From: Promethearchaeota archaeon
Lineage (GTDB): Archaea; Asgardarchaeota; Lokiarchaeia; Sigyniarchaeales; SOKP01
DNA length: 46,819 bases
Direction: 5' to 3'
Assembly: GCA_018238625.1 (NCBI GenBank)
Contig: JABCSY010000021.1
Coordinates: forward strand, 1-46,819
The notes under the pieces were generated by a model. It was not told the origin of the DNA, ran no database searches, and worked only from the letters and a program-made list of their open reading frames with translations. The first letter of the stretch is position 1. Each line of letters starts with the position of its first letter. The position numbers were made by a program, and so were the translations under genes. This document shows, piece by piece, positions 1 through 10,438 of the stretch.

Positions 1-989
1 GTAGTCATTATGGTAAAGATTCTATGATGGGCTTCCTTTAAGGATACTCTTCCGCCCTTATAATCTCTTTTGACGCCTTGGAGAGAAAAACCCCTCTTCG
101 CTTTTATTATTAGGTAAACATCTTTCCAAAATCGTCTTTTTGCTGCGGGAGCGGTTGAAAAGGTGTATTTCCGCACCCGACCATGCTTTCCCTCGAGATA
201 TTCGGTAATGAACTGCTTAACCTTCTTGAATTGCTTGGCAGGGATTAAAACGTGTCCTCCTTTTCTTTCTATACCATCAATAAGTTCAGCCCTATAGAAT
301 TCACGATCCATCAATACATATTTCAACTCAAATCCTAATTTTAGTAAATGATCGAGAAACTTTAAAATAATTGGAATCTTAGATTGACCCAATGCGATGT
401 GTTCTAATCCTGCGTAAAGATGAACCTGGCGGGAAAGAAGCGAAAATCCAAGGTAATGCCGCATTTTCTTTGTTCCCTTCTGTCGATTCGTGCCCTTAAT
501 CATCTTATCATCCCGTTTCCCATAATATGGGTGTTCTGTAAAGTCAATTAGAACATTCACTTTTTGTGAAATCAGATTTAGTTTCAAAGCTTCCTTTAAT
601 TGCTCATCAAGACATTCACGCAAAATATTACGAGCTCTTTTAAGCCCAATTCCTCTTAGATACTTGTTAACCTCTGTTTGATGAGGTACCATACGTCGTC
701 TCCGGCCGTCAGTAAATACTCTTCGTCTTCCTCTTCTACAACTTATTAAATGTTCATTGAGCATCTCACTGGTGTCATGAATAGATCTACCGATTATTTC
801 AGAGAAAAAGAACACTTTAAGGAAATCAATATCGTTGTATTTATAATTTCTTGGCTTTTTGTACTTCCAGATGCGAGATGTAACTGCTTCACAAAACTTT
901 TTAAAAAATGCGAGCATATAATGGTTGGAAAGAAGTGATTTAATTCCTAATCTCATAATAGAGTTAGGAAATATATTGCTTGTCGGCAT
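1..989 (-). CDS. DDE transposase, ISH3-like (IS4 superfamily); 3' end runs off the window
   Basis: Absent from the ORF track. Manual translation from ATG at 989 (MPTSNIFPNSIMRLGIK...) stays open to the window edge and contains VLIDFTEHPYYG and YVLMDREFY, the first two catalytic Asp motifs typical of ISH3-type transposases. Confidence 0.85.
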   Translation of the reverse strand, partial: MPTSNIFPNSIMRLGIKSLLSNHYMLAFFKKFCEAVTSRIWKYKKPRNYKYNDIDFLKVFFFSEIIGRSIHDTSEMLNEHLISCRRGRRRVFTDGRRRRMVPHQTEVNKYLRGIGLKRARNILRECLDEQLKEALKLNLISQKVNVLIDFTEHPYYGKRDDKMIKGTNRQKGTKKMRHYLGFSLLSRQVHLYAGLEHIALGQSKIPIILKFLDHLLKLGFELKYVLMDREFYRAELIDGIERKGGHVLIPAKQFKKVKQFITEYLEGKHGRVRKYTFSTAPAAKRRFWKDVYLIIKAKRGFSLQGVKRDYKGGRVSLKEAHHRIFTIMT

Positions 990-1147
990 ATATAAATAAT
1001 ATCACTTCTTTCTAATAAATTTAGCGGTAAGTAGTCAAATAATTAAGAATTGCAAAAATAATATTTCAAAATACCAATTAAGTTACAAAAAGAAATAGAA
1101 TAAGTCACAGATCAATAGAATTATGACTTCAAAATCCTTTGTTACTG
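1..1147 (-). mobile_element. Partial insertion sequence with a candidate terminal inverted repeat at ~1147
   Basis: The minus strand from 1147 reads CAGTAACAAAGGATTTTG..., a CAGTA start like ISH3-family ends, ~160 bp upstream of the transposase. The partner end lies outside the window. Confidence 0.55.
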
Positions 1148-1176
1148 TTTATTTTATTTTCTAATATCTTAAATAG

Positions 1177-1374
1177 TTAAATTGTAACTATTTTTTTTAC
1201 TCGTCCAATTTCACCACTCCTCAACCGAACTTTAATCCCATGATGGTGATTAGGAGAATTTGTAAGCACATCTTTGACTATACCCTCGGTTAACCTGCCA
1301 GATCGCTGATCTTTCTTTAATACGATTAAAACTCGCATGCCTAATTTGATGTCTGCTCGCTTTGTTCCTTTCAA
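1177..1374 (-). CDS. YwbE-family small basic protein
   Basis: 65 aa with IVLKKDQRSGRLTEGIVKDVLTNS..H.HGIKVRL..GEIGRV, the YwbE pattern. Confidence 0.85.
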   Translation of the reverse strand: MKGTKRADIKLGMRVLIVLKKDQRSGRLTEGIVKDVLTNSPNHHHGIKVRLRSGEIGRVKKIVTI

Positions 1375-1566
1375 TTTAATTGCTCAAGTTTTTTGTAGGT
1401 CTTTTTTAATACGAAAATAGTTCTCTTCATATTATCTTTTGCCTTTATCTCCTCATTATTGCTAATTCTTCAATACATATTATTTTTGCAATATCTTCGA
1501 TACTTTTTCCATTTGAAACATTTTTTAGTGGTATGATTCATTTACTTTAAAAAATATATACAAATT

Positions 1567-3582
1567 ATGGATCCATCAAACGCCATGAAAATTAAATTAT
1601 CAGACGAGTTACCTCCAGATCCCGTCTTTAAAAAGGGTATACGAAGGGCGCCTAATCGTGGTTATGATTTGAATCGTGATGAGACAATAATTGCGTTAAA
1701 AAATGCTTTACGATATATACCTAAAAATTTACACGATAATTTAGCACCAGAATTTTTAAATGAGTTAATTACGAGTGGAAGAATTTATGGTCATCGATAT
1801 CGTCCAGAAGGAGAAATTAAAGCTAAACCTGTTGATGAGTACAAGGGTATTTTAGAAGCTCGTGCGATACAATTAATGATTGATAACAATTTAGATTTTA
1901 ATATAGCCCTTTATCCATATGAACTCGTTACATATGGCGAAAGTGGACAAGTCTGCCAAAATTGGATGCAGTACCGATTAATTAAGAAATATCTCGAAGT
2001 AATAAATGAAGAACAAACACTTGTGGTTATGTCAGGTCACCCTCTTGGTTTGTTTCCCAGCAAAAGAGAAGCCCCGAGAGTAATTATGACGAATGGTTTG
2101 ATGGTTGGCATGTTTGATACACCCGAAGAATTCAAACGAGTTTCAGCTTTAGGCGTGGCAAATTACGGTCAAATGACTGCGGGAGGATGGATGTATATAG
2201 GACCTCAAGGGATTGTTCATGGAACTTACATCACACTGCTAAATGCTGGTCGGCTTTATTTAAAGATACCTGCTAGTGAAGGGCTTAAAGGAGTTCTCTA
2301 TTTAACTTCTGGATTGGGAGGGATGAGTGGAGCTCAAGCGAAAGCAACTGAAATTTCGGGGGGTATAGGAGTTATCGCTGAAGTTGACGATTCTCGAATT
2401 AAAACTCGCTTTGAGCAAGGATGGGTTAGCAAAACTTCGAGCAATCTTGAAGAAATTTTTAGTTGGGTTGAAGAATATAGAAAAAAGAAAGAACCAATTT
2501 CAATTGCTTATCATGGCAATATTGTTGATGTCTGGAAATATATAGTAGAAAACAATATTAAAGTGGAACTTGCATCTGACCAAACTTCTTGTCACGCACC
2601 TTATGAAGGTGGATATACCCCCGCTGGTTTAAGTTTTGAGGAAGGTAGGGCGTTATTAAAGTCTGATAGAGAGAAATTTGAAAGGTTAGTTGACGAATCT
2701 TTAAGGGAACAATATAACCTTATCAAAATTATGGTTAGTAGAGGTACTATATTCTGGGACTATGGAAACTCCTTTCTAAAAGCAATTTACGACGCTGGAG
2801 CTCATGATATTGCAATTAATGGTGATCCAAAAAATGGTTTCATATTTCCCTCTTATGTAGAACATATAATGGGCCCATTATGTTTTGATTATGGATATGG
2901 ACCTTTCCGATGGGTGTGTCTAAGCTTAGATCATTCAGATTTAATAAAAACCGATCAAGTTGCATTTTCTTCCATCGATCCAAATCGGAACTCACAAGAT
3001 AGAGATAACTGGCATTGGATAAAGAGTGCCGAAAAGAACAACTTAGTAGTTGGTTCTCAAGCTCGTATATTATATGCCGATATGGAAACTCGAGTTAAGA
3101 TTGCTTTAAAATTCAACGAAATGGTTAAAAATAGAGAAATTGGACCGATTATGTTAGGACGGGACCACCACGATGTTTCTGGGACCGATAGTCCTTTTAG
3201 AGAGACATCAAACATAAAAGATGGCAGTAATATTATGTCTGATATGGCCCATCACAGTTGGGCCGGTAATATAGCAAGGGGAATGACAATGTGTGTACTA
3301 TCGAATGGAGGCGGGGTTGGTACTGGAAAGGCAATTAACGGCGGTTTTGGTCTAGTGCTAGACGGTTCAGAACGAGTAAATAACATAATTCGTTCTGCAA
3401 TTGAGTGGGATGTAAACTGTGGTGTCGCTAGGAGAGCTTGGGCTAGAAATGAAAACGCGTTAACAACAGCTTATGCTTGGAATCTTAAAAATCAAGGCAG
3501 AGGGCACATCACATTACCTTTTTTGGTAAAAGATGATTTATTAAATGATGTTATTAATGTGTATTTAAAAAAGTATAAATAA
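1567..3582 (+). CDS. hutU: Urocanate hydratase (long, ~670-aa type)
   Basis: Motifs YGQMTAGGWMYIGPQGIVHGT, GLGGMSGAQ, SDQTSCH, GRDHHDVSGTDSPFRETSNI. Confidence 0.97.
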   Translation: MDPSNAMKIKLSDELPPDPVFKKGIRRAPNRGYDLNRDETIIALKNALRYIPKNLHDNLAPEFLNELITSGRIYGHRYRPEGEIKAKPVDEYKGILEARAIQLMIDNNLDFNIALYPYELVTYGESGQVCQNWMQYRLIKKYLEVINEEQTLVVMSGHPLGLFPSKREAPRVIMTNGLMVGMFDTPEEFKRVSALGVANYGQMTAGGWMYIGPQGIVHGTYITLLNAGRLYLKIPASEGLKGVLYLTSGLGGMSGAQAKATEISGGIGVIAEVDDSRIKTRFEQGWVSKTSSNLEEIFSWVEEYRKKKEPISIAYHGNIVDVWKYIVENNIKVELASDQTSCHAPYEGGYTPAGLSFEEGRALLKSDREKFERLVDESLREQYNLIKIMVSRGTIFWDYGNSFLKAIYDAGAHDIAINGDPKNGFIFPSYVEHIMGPLCFDYGYGPFRWVCLSLDHSDLIKTDQVAFSSIDPNRNSQDRDNWHWIKSAEKNNLVVGSQARILYADMETRVKIALKFNEMVKNREIGPIMLGRDHHDVSGTDSPFRETSNIKDGSNIMSDMAHHSWAGNIARGMTMCVLSNGGGVGTGKAINGGFGLVLDGSERVNNIIRSAIEWDVNCGVARRAWARNENALTTAYAWNLKNQGRGHITLPFLVKDDLLNDVINVYLKKYK

Positions 3583-3610
3583 AGTAAGAGTTCTACTTGG
3601 TTTGGTTAAC

Positions 3611-5128
3611 ATGGAAAATGATTTTAAATACGGTCAAGATCACTTGACTGTTAATTTGGCTCTGAAGGTTGTTAGAGGTCAGATTAGTGGTGTTCTAACG
3701 GAAGAAACAAAAAAAAAAATAGAAAAAAACCATAATATTGTTCAAGACATTGCAAACGGGGAAGTCTTAGTATACAGCATTAATACGGGATTTGGGTCTT
3801 TGTGTACAACTAGAATATCAAAAGAGGAAGTTGGTAAATTACAATCAAACTTGCTTAAGAGCCATAGCGTAGGCGTTGGTTCACCTATTCAAAAGGAAAT
3901 TGCAAAATTAATGTTGATTCTCAAAGTCCACGCGTTAAGCATGGGATATTCTGGGATTTCTTTAAGTTTAATTGAAAGAATTCTCTGGCACATCGACAAC
4001 GATTTTATTCCGTTGGTTCCAGAACAAGGCTCAGTAGGAGCATCCGGAGACCTTGCTCCGTTAGCCCATTTATTTTTGCCCTTAATTGGTTTAGGTTTTC
4101 TGTCAAAAGATGGTAAAAATTATAAACCAGCAATAGAGGTTTTAAACCAACACGGATTAAAACCGCTTGAACTTCACGCAAAAGAAGGTTTGGCCTTAAT
4201 TAATGGAACCCAATTCATTACAGCTCATGGGGTTGTTGTCGCTGAAAAGTTTTTTAGTTGTTTAGAGCAAGCCGATCTTATCGGAGCTATGATGCTTGAA
4301 GGGTATTTAGGATCGCCTCAACCTTTCAATGAGAGATTAATTGCTTTACGTCCTCATAATGGTGCTAAAACCGTTGCCAAAAGAATCAGGAAGTTTTTGA
4401 AGAATTCTCAATTTGTAGAATCACATGCAGATTGTGGTCGAGTTCAAGATCCTTATTCTATTCGATGTATTCCCCAAGTCCATGGAGCCTCCAGAGATGC
4501 GTTTTCACATTTAAGCGAGAAGTTGGAGTGCGAATTAAATTCAGTTACGGACAATCCTATAGTTTTTGACGAAGATACTGCTATCAGTGGTGGAAACTTT
4601 CATGGACAACCTCTTGCCTTACCTCTGGATTATATTAGTTTAGCCGCTTCCGAGTTGGGAAATATCTCAGACCGACGAACATATCTTCTTTTAGAAGGAA
4701 AGTGGGGACTTCCCCCATATTTAATTCAAGAATCTGGTTTAAACTCCGGTTTTATGATTACTCAATATTGTTCAGCAGCATTAGCTAGCGAAAATAAATC
4801 AATGTGTTTCCCAGCAAGCGCAGATAGTATCCCAACATCAATGGGACAAGAAGATCATGTTAGTATGGGATCGATAAGTGCTAGAAAAGCGCTTCGAATT
4901 ATTTATAATCTTGAAAAAATACTAGCAATAGAACTCTTGTGTGCCGCTCAAGCGTTTGATTTTAGAAGACCGTTAAAATCTAGCGCGATTTTAGAAGCAT
5001 GCCATGCTTTTATTCGTCAAAAAATCCCCCATATTAACGAAGATGTAGTTCTTTCGGAATACATTGAAATTGCTTTGGAAATTATAAAAAGTGAAGAATT
5101 AATTAAAATTGCAAGCGAATTAAAATGA
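3611..5128 (+). CDS. hutH: Histidine ammonia-lyase
   Basis: MIO-forming GSVGASGDLAPL, plus KEGLALINGT, QDPYSIRCIPQVHG, SGGNFHG, QEDHVSMG. ATG 3611 is preferred to the in-frame TTG 3602. Confidence 0.97.
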   Translation: MENDFKYGQDHLTVNLALKVVRGQISGVLTEETKKKIEKNHNIVQDIANGEVLVYSINTGFGSLCTTRISKEEVGKLQSNLLKSHSVGVGSPIQKEIAKLMLILKVHALSMGYSGISLSLIERILWHIDNDFIPLVPEQGSVGASGDLAPLAHLFLPLIGLGFLSKDGKNYKPAIEVLNQHGLKPLELHAKEGLALINGTQFITAHGVVVAEKFFSCLEQADLIGAMMLEGYLGSPQPFNERLIALRPHNGAKTVAKRIRKFLKNSQFVESHADCGRVQDPYSIRCIPQVHGASRDAFSHLSEKLECELNSVTDNPIVFDEDTAISGGNFHGQPLALPLDYISLAASELGNISDRRTYLLLEGKWGLPPYLIQESGLNSGFMITQYCSAALASENKSMCFPASADSIPTSMGQEDHVSMGSISARKALRIIYNLEKILAIELLCAAQAFDFRRPLKSSAILEACHAFIRQKIPHINEDVVLSEYIEIALEIIKSEELIKIASELK

Positions 5129-6480
5129 CAGTGAGATCTACTCCATCGCCAAAAAGAATAAAAAGAAAAGATATTGACAACGGGGATCGAACAATCACGC
5201 TAGATTTGATTATAATTCACATCAACGAATTAGTAACCATGGATTCAAAATATGGGGTTCCAAGAAGAGGCGAGAGCATGGCAGAACTAGCACCCATTCA
5301 CGATGGCGCAGTTGCAATATCTGGTAATTCTATAGTTTTCGTAGGAACGACAAATGAACTATTTTCAACATTTTCTCCTAACGGAAAAACAGTAATAATT
5401 GACGCTACAGACCGTTTAGTAACTCCTGGATTTGTTGATCCGCACACTCATATTATCTTTGATGGTTATAGAGAAAATGAACTTGAAATGAAACTTGCTG
5501 GTAAGACCTACCTTGAAATATTAGAGTCTGGGGGCGGGATATTAAAAACTGTTAAAGCAACGAGAAAAGCTTCGTTAGAAACCTTAATTCAAAATGGAAA
5601 AAAGATTCTTAACAGGATGATGGAATACGGAACGACTACAATGGAAACGAAATCTGGCTACGGACTCGATGTAGAGAACGAAATAAAGTCGTTATTAGCG
5701 GCAAAAGAGTTAAACATCGAGCATCCCATGGATGTAATATCAACGTTTTTAGGCGCTCACGCCGTACCACCGGAATACGAGGGTGAAACAGACGATTACG
5801 TAGAATTAATTATTTCAGAAATGATTCCAAAAGTGGCTCAAGAAAAATTAGCTGAATTTTGCGATGTATTTTGTGAAGAGGGGATTTTCTCAGTTGTTCA
5901 GACCAAAAAAATATTATTGGCGGCTATGAAATACGGTCTAAAACCGCAGATTCATATAGACGAAATTGTTGACACGAATGGGGCATTGTTGGCAGCAGAG
6001 TTAAACGCTGTGCAGACGGGACATATGCTAAAATCTAACGACGAAGGTTTGAGAGCAATGAAAAAAGCACAAACAATTGCTACACTATTACCCGGGACGC
6101 CTTTTTGTCTAATGATGAGGGACTATGCTCCTGCAAGAAAGATCATCGAATTCGGTATTCCAATAGCTCTTGCTACCGACCTTAATCCAAATTGTTGGAC
6201 AGAATCGATGCAAATCATAATTGCTTTAGCGTGCTATCACATGAAACTCTCACCAGCTGAAGCTCTAACAGCCGCAACGATTAACGCTGCTTGTGCACTT
6301 CAAAAACAAGACCAAATTGGCAGTATAGAAGTAGGCAAGAAGGCAGACTTAATAATTTTCGATGTACCGAATCATAACTTTCTTCCTTACCAATTTGGAG
6401 TAAATCTAGTTTCAAAAGTTATAAAAAATGGTAAAGTTGTAGTAGATTTTTATAAGAAAAGAAGAAAATCAGTAGAATAA
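5125..6480 (+). CDS. hutI: Imidazolonepropionase
   Basis: Amidohydrolase motifs PGFVDPHTH, ETKSGYGL, FLGAHAVP, CDVFCEEG, ATDLNP. ATGA overlap with the hutH stop. Confidence 0.96.
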   Translation: MTVRSTPSPKRIKRKDIDNGDRTITLDLIIIHINELVTMDSKYGVPRRGESMAELAPIHDGAVAISGNSIVFVGTTNELFSTFSPNGKTVIIDATDRLVTPGFVDPHTHIIFDGYRENELEMKLAGKTYLEILESGGGILKTVKATRKASLETLIQNGKKILNRMMEYGTTTMETKSGYGLDVENEIKSLLAAKELNIEHPMDVISTFLGAHAVPPEYEGETDDYVELIISEMIPKVAQEKLAEFCDVFCEEGIFSVVQTKKILLAAMKYGLKPQIHIDEIVDTNGALLAAELNAVQTGHMLKSNDEGLRAMKKAQTIATLLPGTPFCLMMRDYAPARKIIEFGIPIALATDLNPNCWTESMQIIIALACYHMKLSPAEALTAATINAACALQKQDQIGSIEVGKKADLIIFDVPNHNFLPYQFGVNLVSKVIKNGKVVVDFYKKRRKSVE

Positions 6481-6525
6481 TATTTATATGAATAAGGTAG
6501 TAGTAGTAATTATAGCCTAAAAAAG

Positions 6526-6966
6526 ATGAATAAAATGGTAAAAGAGATAATAGAGAGATTGATAGATGACGATATGGTAATACGTATGGCTGCAAAATAC
6601 GAATTTTTAGGAAAGGGTGAAGCAGCTGTACCCGTGTTGTTAACCATCCTTGAAGAAGACCAAAGAGAAGTAGTACGGTATTGGGTTTACGATGTATTTG
6701 GAGGATTGAAAACACAAGCGGCAAAAGCTATTCCTATATTATTGAAATCATTAATAGAAGATGATTCTGAAAGGGTTCGTGCCGTATCTGCAGGTGCTTT
6801 AGGTGAAATAGTGGAAAAATTTGAGGATATAGTCCCAACATTCCTAATTGCAAAGAACAAGGATAAGAGCGACCGAGTAAAAAGAACTATAGATATGGTG
6901 TTGCACAAAATAGCTGGAAAATTGGGATATGGTAGTATTGAAGAGTTAACAAAGGCATTTGAATAG
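6526..6966 (+). CDS. HEAT/PBS-lyase-like repeat protein
   Basis: Repeated helical units: AVPVLLTILEEDQREVVR, AIPILLKSLIEDDSERVRAVSAGALG, DKSDRVK. Confidence 0.8.
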   Translation: MNKMVKEIIERLIDDDMVIRMAAKYEFLGKGEAAVPVLLTILEEDQREVVRYWVYDVFGGLKTQAAKAIPILLKSLIEDDSERVRAVSAGALGEIVEKFEDIVPTFLIAKNKDKSDRVKRTIDMVLHKIAGKLGYGSIEELTKAFE

Positions 6967-7028
6967 TAGTAAATAGAATTATTTTTTTAGTTTTTCTCTC
7001 GACTTTTTTTTACAGTTGCAATTTAAAT

Positions 7029-7946
7029 TTAAAAATCAAAATAATTCTCTAATAGATGTTTTGGCTCAAGTTTTTTAGGATTTTCAAGTTGTAAATAATA
7101 ATCTAAAGAATTAAGCACAGCACCTAATGGTAACACGCCAATTAATTCTGTACCAACAATAGGTACGCCATATCGAGCGGCTTCAATTCGTACGAGTTCC
7201 ATCTGACGATATAGAGGGGTTTTTTTATAATTAATATTACTAATCCCTACTTGAACGCAATCTCTCTCTTTTAAATCGGTCCCCATTGCTTTAACGTTTA
7301 CAAGTCCTCCCGAGCGTAAATGAATTGCTTTTGCTATTTTTTTCGCAATTTTAACGTCTTTAGTCCCAAGGTTGATATTAAAACTAATTAAGGGATACCT
7401 TGCTCCCGTTATTATTGCACCTGCCGTTGGATGAAATTTTGATGGGCCGTAATCCGGTTTCCTTTCAGGATCTGTTTCAATGGTTTCTTTTAATCCTTCG
7501 TATTCTCCAATTCTTATGTTGTCAATATTTTTCCTTTCAAGATTCCTTGCCGAATCTTCGTATAAATATACTGGAACGCCTTCTTTTGCCATTTCTTCAG
7601 CAAATTTTTTTGACAATTCTATGCATTCTTCGATTGTAATATTTTGAGCTGGAATAAATGGAACTACATCAATTGCTCCTATTCGAGGGTGTTGACCTTT
7701 ATGTTTATCCATGTCAATTAGTTCTATCGCTTTTTTAGCCGCTGAAATATTTGCTTTCAGCACAGCTTCTGGAGTACCAACAAAAGTAATTACGGCTCGG
7801 TTGTAATCAGAGTCGTATTGAACGTCTACGATGTTAGTTTCGGGAGTGTTTTTAATCTCTGCTACAATTCGTTCGACTTTATTTTCATCTGTACCTTCGC
7901 TATAATTCGGTACAGACTCAACAATTTTTTTATTTTTATTTACCAT
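7029..7946 (-). CDS. ftcd: Glutamate formiminotransferase (FTCD N-terminal domain only)
   Basis: ESVPNYSEG, HKGQHPRIGAIDVVPFIP, PDYGP..HPTAGA, GTELIG. Convergent with the hut genes. Confidence 0.93.
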   Translation of the reverse strand: MVNKNKKIVESVPNYSEGTDENKVERIVAEIKNTPETNIVDVQYDSDYNRAVITFVGTPEAVLKANISAAKKAIELIDMDKHKGQHPRIGAIDVVPFIPAQNITIEECIELSKKFAEEMAKEGVPVYLYEDSARNLERKNIDNIRIGEYEGLKETIETDPERKPDYGPSKFHPTAGAIITGARYPLISFNINLGTKDVKIAKKIAKAIHLRSGGLVNVKAMGTDLKERDCVQVGISNINYKKTPLYRQMELVRIEAARYGVPIVGTELIGVLPLGAVLNSLDYYLQLENPKKLEPKHLLENYFDF

Positions 7947-8064
7947 AATTATCTCCTTAAAACAACATTAATTCTAATTTTTAATACTATAAATTTATTT
8001 ATATAAATCTAATTTCAAATTTTTACATATTGAATTAAATTAGCTTTAGATTCGGCGTATTTGT

Positions 8065-9321
8065 TTACGGTAAAACATAATCTCTTCCATAGGTTTTATC
8101 AGTAAAGATGTAGATTTTATCTTCGCCATTACCAATTGCTTTTCCATTAATTCCTAATTTTACGAATATAGGCTTTTCTTTTGTTCCTCTTGGAGTTTTA
8201 CTAACTTGTTTTTCTTTGAATTTAATAACTTCTGCTTTTTGATGAATGTATGTGTCTGTATTATTGCCCATAATAATTATATCGTCGTTTTTAGTTAAAT
8301 AGCCATTATCCAACGAGATCTTAGCGTAATCTTTCGTATAATCCTCAACTTGACCAACTTTGATATATCTGAAATGTGATAAATTTGAAGGGGATTTATG
8401 TTGATGGTCTTCTTCAGTCATTCTCTTAAAGTAAAACCCTGGTGTAAATCCTCGATTATAAACTTTCTTTAAGTCTGTAACCCATCGACCAACTTTTTTT
8501 TTTGAAAAAGTCCCGTTATAATATGCCTCAATAGCTTCTCTGTAAATTTTTGTAACCACCTCGACATAGTGAGGGTGACGCATCCTACCTTCAATCTTAA
8601 AAGCGTCAACCTTGGCTTCAATGAATTTAGGTATGTGGGCAATTGTACAAAGATCTCTTGAATTCATGAACCTAACACCATCGTAGATATATTCTGCACC
8701 CGATTCTTCCTTTACCCACCAGCGTCTTCTACATGGCTGTATGCAATTGCCACGATTTGCTGATTTCTCTTCGGTTCCACAAATATCTTGAGAAAAATAG
8801 CATCTGCCACTAATTGAAGTGCACATTGCGCCATGAATAAAAATTTCTATTTCTGCTTTAGATAAATTCCTCTTTATTTCTTTAATTTTCTCTAAAGATA
8901 ACTCACGAGCCAAGATTAATCTTTCTGCCCCTAATTTTTCATAAAATCTAGCGGATAAAGAATTAGACACGTTACATTGCGTAGATATATGAAAAGGCAC
9001 ACCAATACTTTTAGCTACCTCAATTGCAGCAACATCATGAACTATTACGGCGTGAATGCCCGCCTCTTTTCCTTTTTCTATGACTTCTTGTAAGTAATTC
9101 AAATCGTTGTCGTATAATAATATATTTGTAGCTAAATACGCTTTTAACTCAGCTTTGCGGCAAAAATCCATGATTTTAGTAAGATTTTCCAGAGCAATAT
9201 TTTCCGAACGCATTCTCATATTAAACTTCTCAATTCCAAAATAAACTGAGTCTGCGTATTTTGACGCTGCTTTAATCGCCTTGAGATTTTTTGCTGGAGC
9301 AAGTAATTCAACTTTTTTCAT
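8065..9321 (-). CDS. Peptidase U32-family protein (Fe-S, RNA-hydroxylation type)
   Basis: ELLAPA start, HISTQ, LARELS, HGAMCTSISGRC, NRGNCIQPCR, FKIEGRMR. Confidence 0.9.
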   Translation of the reverse strand: MKKVELLAPAKNLKAIKAASKYADSVYFGIEKFNMRMRSENIALENLTKIMDFCRKAELKAYLATNILLYDNDLNYLQEVIEKGKEAGIHAVIVHDVAAIEVAKSIGVPFHISTQCNVSNSLSARFYEKLGAERLILARELSLEKIKEIKRNLSKAEIEIFIHGAMCTSISGRCYFSQDICGTEEKSANRGNCIQPCRRRWWVKEESGAEYIYDGVRFMNSRDLCTIAHIPKFIEAKVDAFKIEGRMRHPHYVEVVTKIYREAIEAYYNGTFSKKKVGRWVTDLKKVYNRGFTPGFYFKRMTEEDHQHKSPSNLSHFRYIKVGQVEDYTKDYAKISLDNGYLTKNDDIIIMGNNTDTYIHQKAEVIKFKEKQVSKTPRGTKEKPIFVKLGINGKAIGNGEDKIYIFTDKTYGRDYVLP

Positions 9322-9403
9322 CTAATTAAAATATACTAAAAGAAAAAATAAAACTATCTTTTATTTTATGTAGATTTATTTAGGATATTTAATTTTTATT
9401 CTA

Positions 9404-10402
9404 ATGGAAGTTAAAACTAAACGCATCTTAATTGGATGTGTAACTGTAATAATATTCATATTAATGATTATTTATATTGATTTTCAAACAATTATCTCTA
9501 ATTTGCAAAGCATTTCTATCGTTGGTATCGTTTTATTTGCAGTCGTATATACTTTAGCATTTATTTTTCGAGCTTTAAAGTTGAAATTGGTTTTTAATGG
9601 TATTAATCTTCAACCCAACTATTTTGTAATTTATGGCGCGATAGGAACTGGATGGGCTATAAACGAAATCACACCTGCAAAGTTGGGAGATTTAGCAAAA
9701 ATGGAATATATTCACCAAAAAGAACCGAAAGTTTCGTTAAGTAAATGTGTGTGCGCAGTTTTAATAGATCGATTTATTGATTTAATAATTCTTTTTTCAA
9801 TTACTTGCTTTGCTTTGTTTTATATTTTTTTAAGTAATGTTTCCTATCCAACCGAATTGAACCTCCATTTTTTTATTATTGTTGGTGCTGGAATTCTTTT
9901 AGTTGGAGTTATAGGTTTAATCCTGTTGTTTTTTAAAACCGATTGGATTCTAAACATAATTGGTAAGATATCACAAAAAATTAAGAATCTGTTAGAAAGG
10001 TTTGTTATCAGGTTTGTTGAAGGATTAAATGATTTTCGAAAAGATAAAAGAAGAATATTATTAGTATTACTATACAATGTACCAACGTGGTTTTTTGAGT
10101 CGCTTACTTTAGTGATTATATTTTATTTAGCGGGATATCAAATAGATTTCGTTATAATTATAATAGCTCAAATTATAACTTTTTTTACAAAAACGATTCC
10201 GGTAACACCAGGAGGGTGGGGCGTATCTGAAATTATCGGTGCCTTATTTATCTCTTTATTTTACCAAATAATCCCATATAATGAGCTCTTATCACTATTT
10301 GTCTTAGACCACATTCTTCGAATGGTTTATGTTTTTATATATGGTGGAATTTCAACCATTGCGATTAATTTTAAGTTTAAAGATACTGAATTTAAAAGTT
10401 AA
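9404..10402 (+). CDS. Lysylphosphatidylglycerol-synthase-TM / flippase-like membrane protein (UPF0104-like)
   Basis: Multi-pass hydrophobic protein with NEITPAKLGD, DRFIDL and PVTPGGWGVSE motifs. Next to a GT2 gene. Confidence 0.8.
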   Translation: MEVKTKRILIGCVTVIIFILMIIYIDFQTIISNLQSISIVGIVLFAVVYTLAFIFRALKLKLVFNGINLQPNYFVIYGAIGTGWAINEITPAKLGDLAKMEYIHQKEPKVSLSKCVCAVLIDRFIDLIILFSITCFALFYIFLSNVSYPTELNLHFFIIVGAGILLVGVIGLILLFFKTDWILNIIGKISQKIKNLLERFVIRFVEGLNDFRKDKRRILLVLLYNVPTWFFESLTLVIIFYLAGYQIDFVIIIIAQIITFFTKTIPVTPGGWGVSEIIGALFISLFYQIIPYNELLSLFVLDHILRMVYVFIYGGISTIAINFKFKDTEFKS

Positions 10403-10438
10403 AATACTCTAAGTGAGTAAAAAAGGATTGAATCTTGT

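Noticed and set aside
750-938. 62-aa plus-strand ORF
   Set aside because: Antisense shadow of the minus-strand transposase frame.
5126-5128. TGA stops of hutH (and of the 27602 and 33975 genes) as possible Sec codons
   Set aside because: The proteins appear complete at these stops, there is no redox-motif context, and two of them are ordinary start/stop overlaps.
6419-8006. Short ORFs 6419-6724, 6687-6908, 7400-7639 and 7818-8006
   Set aside because: They overlap well-supported genes on the opposite strand and have no recognisable features.
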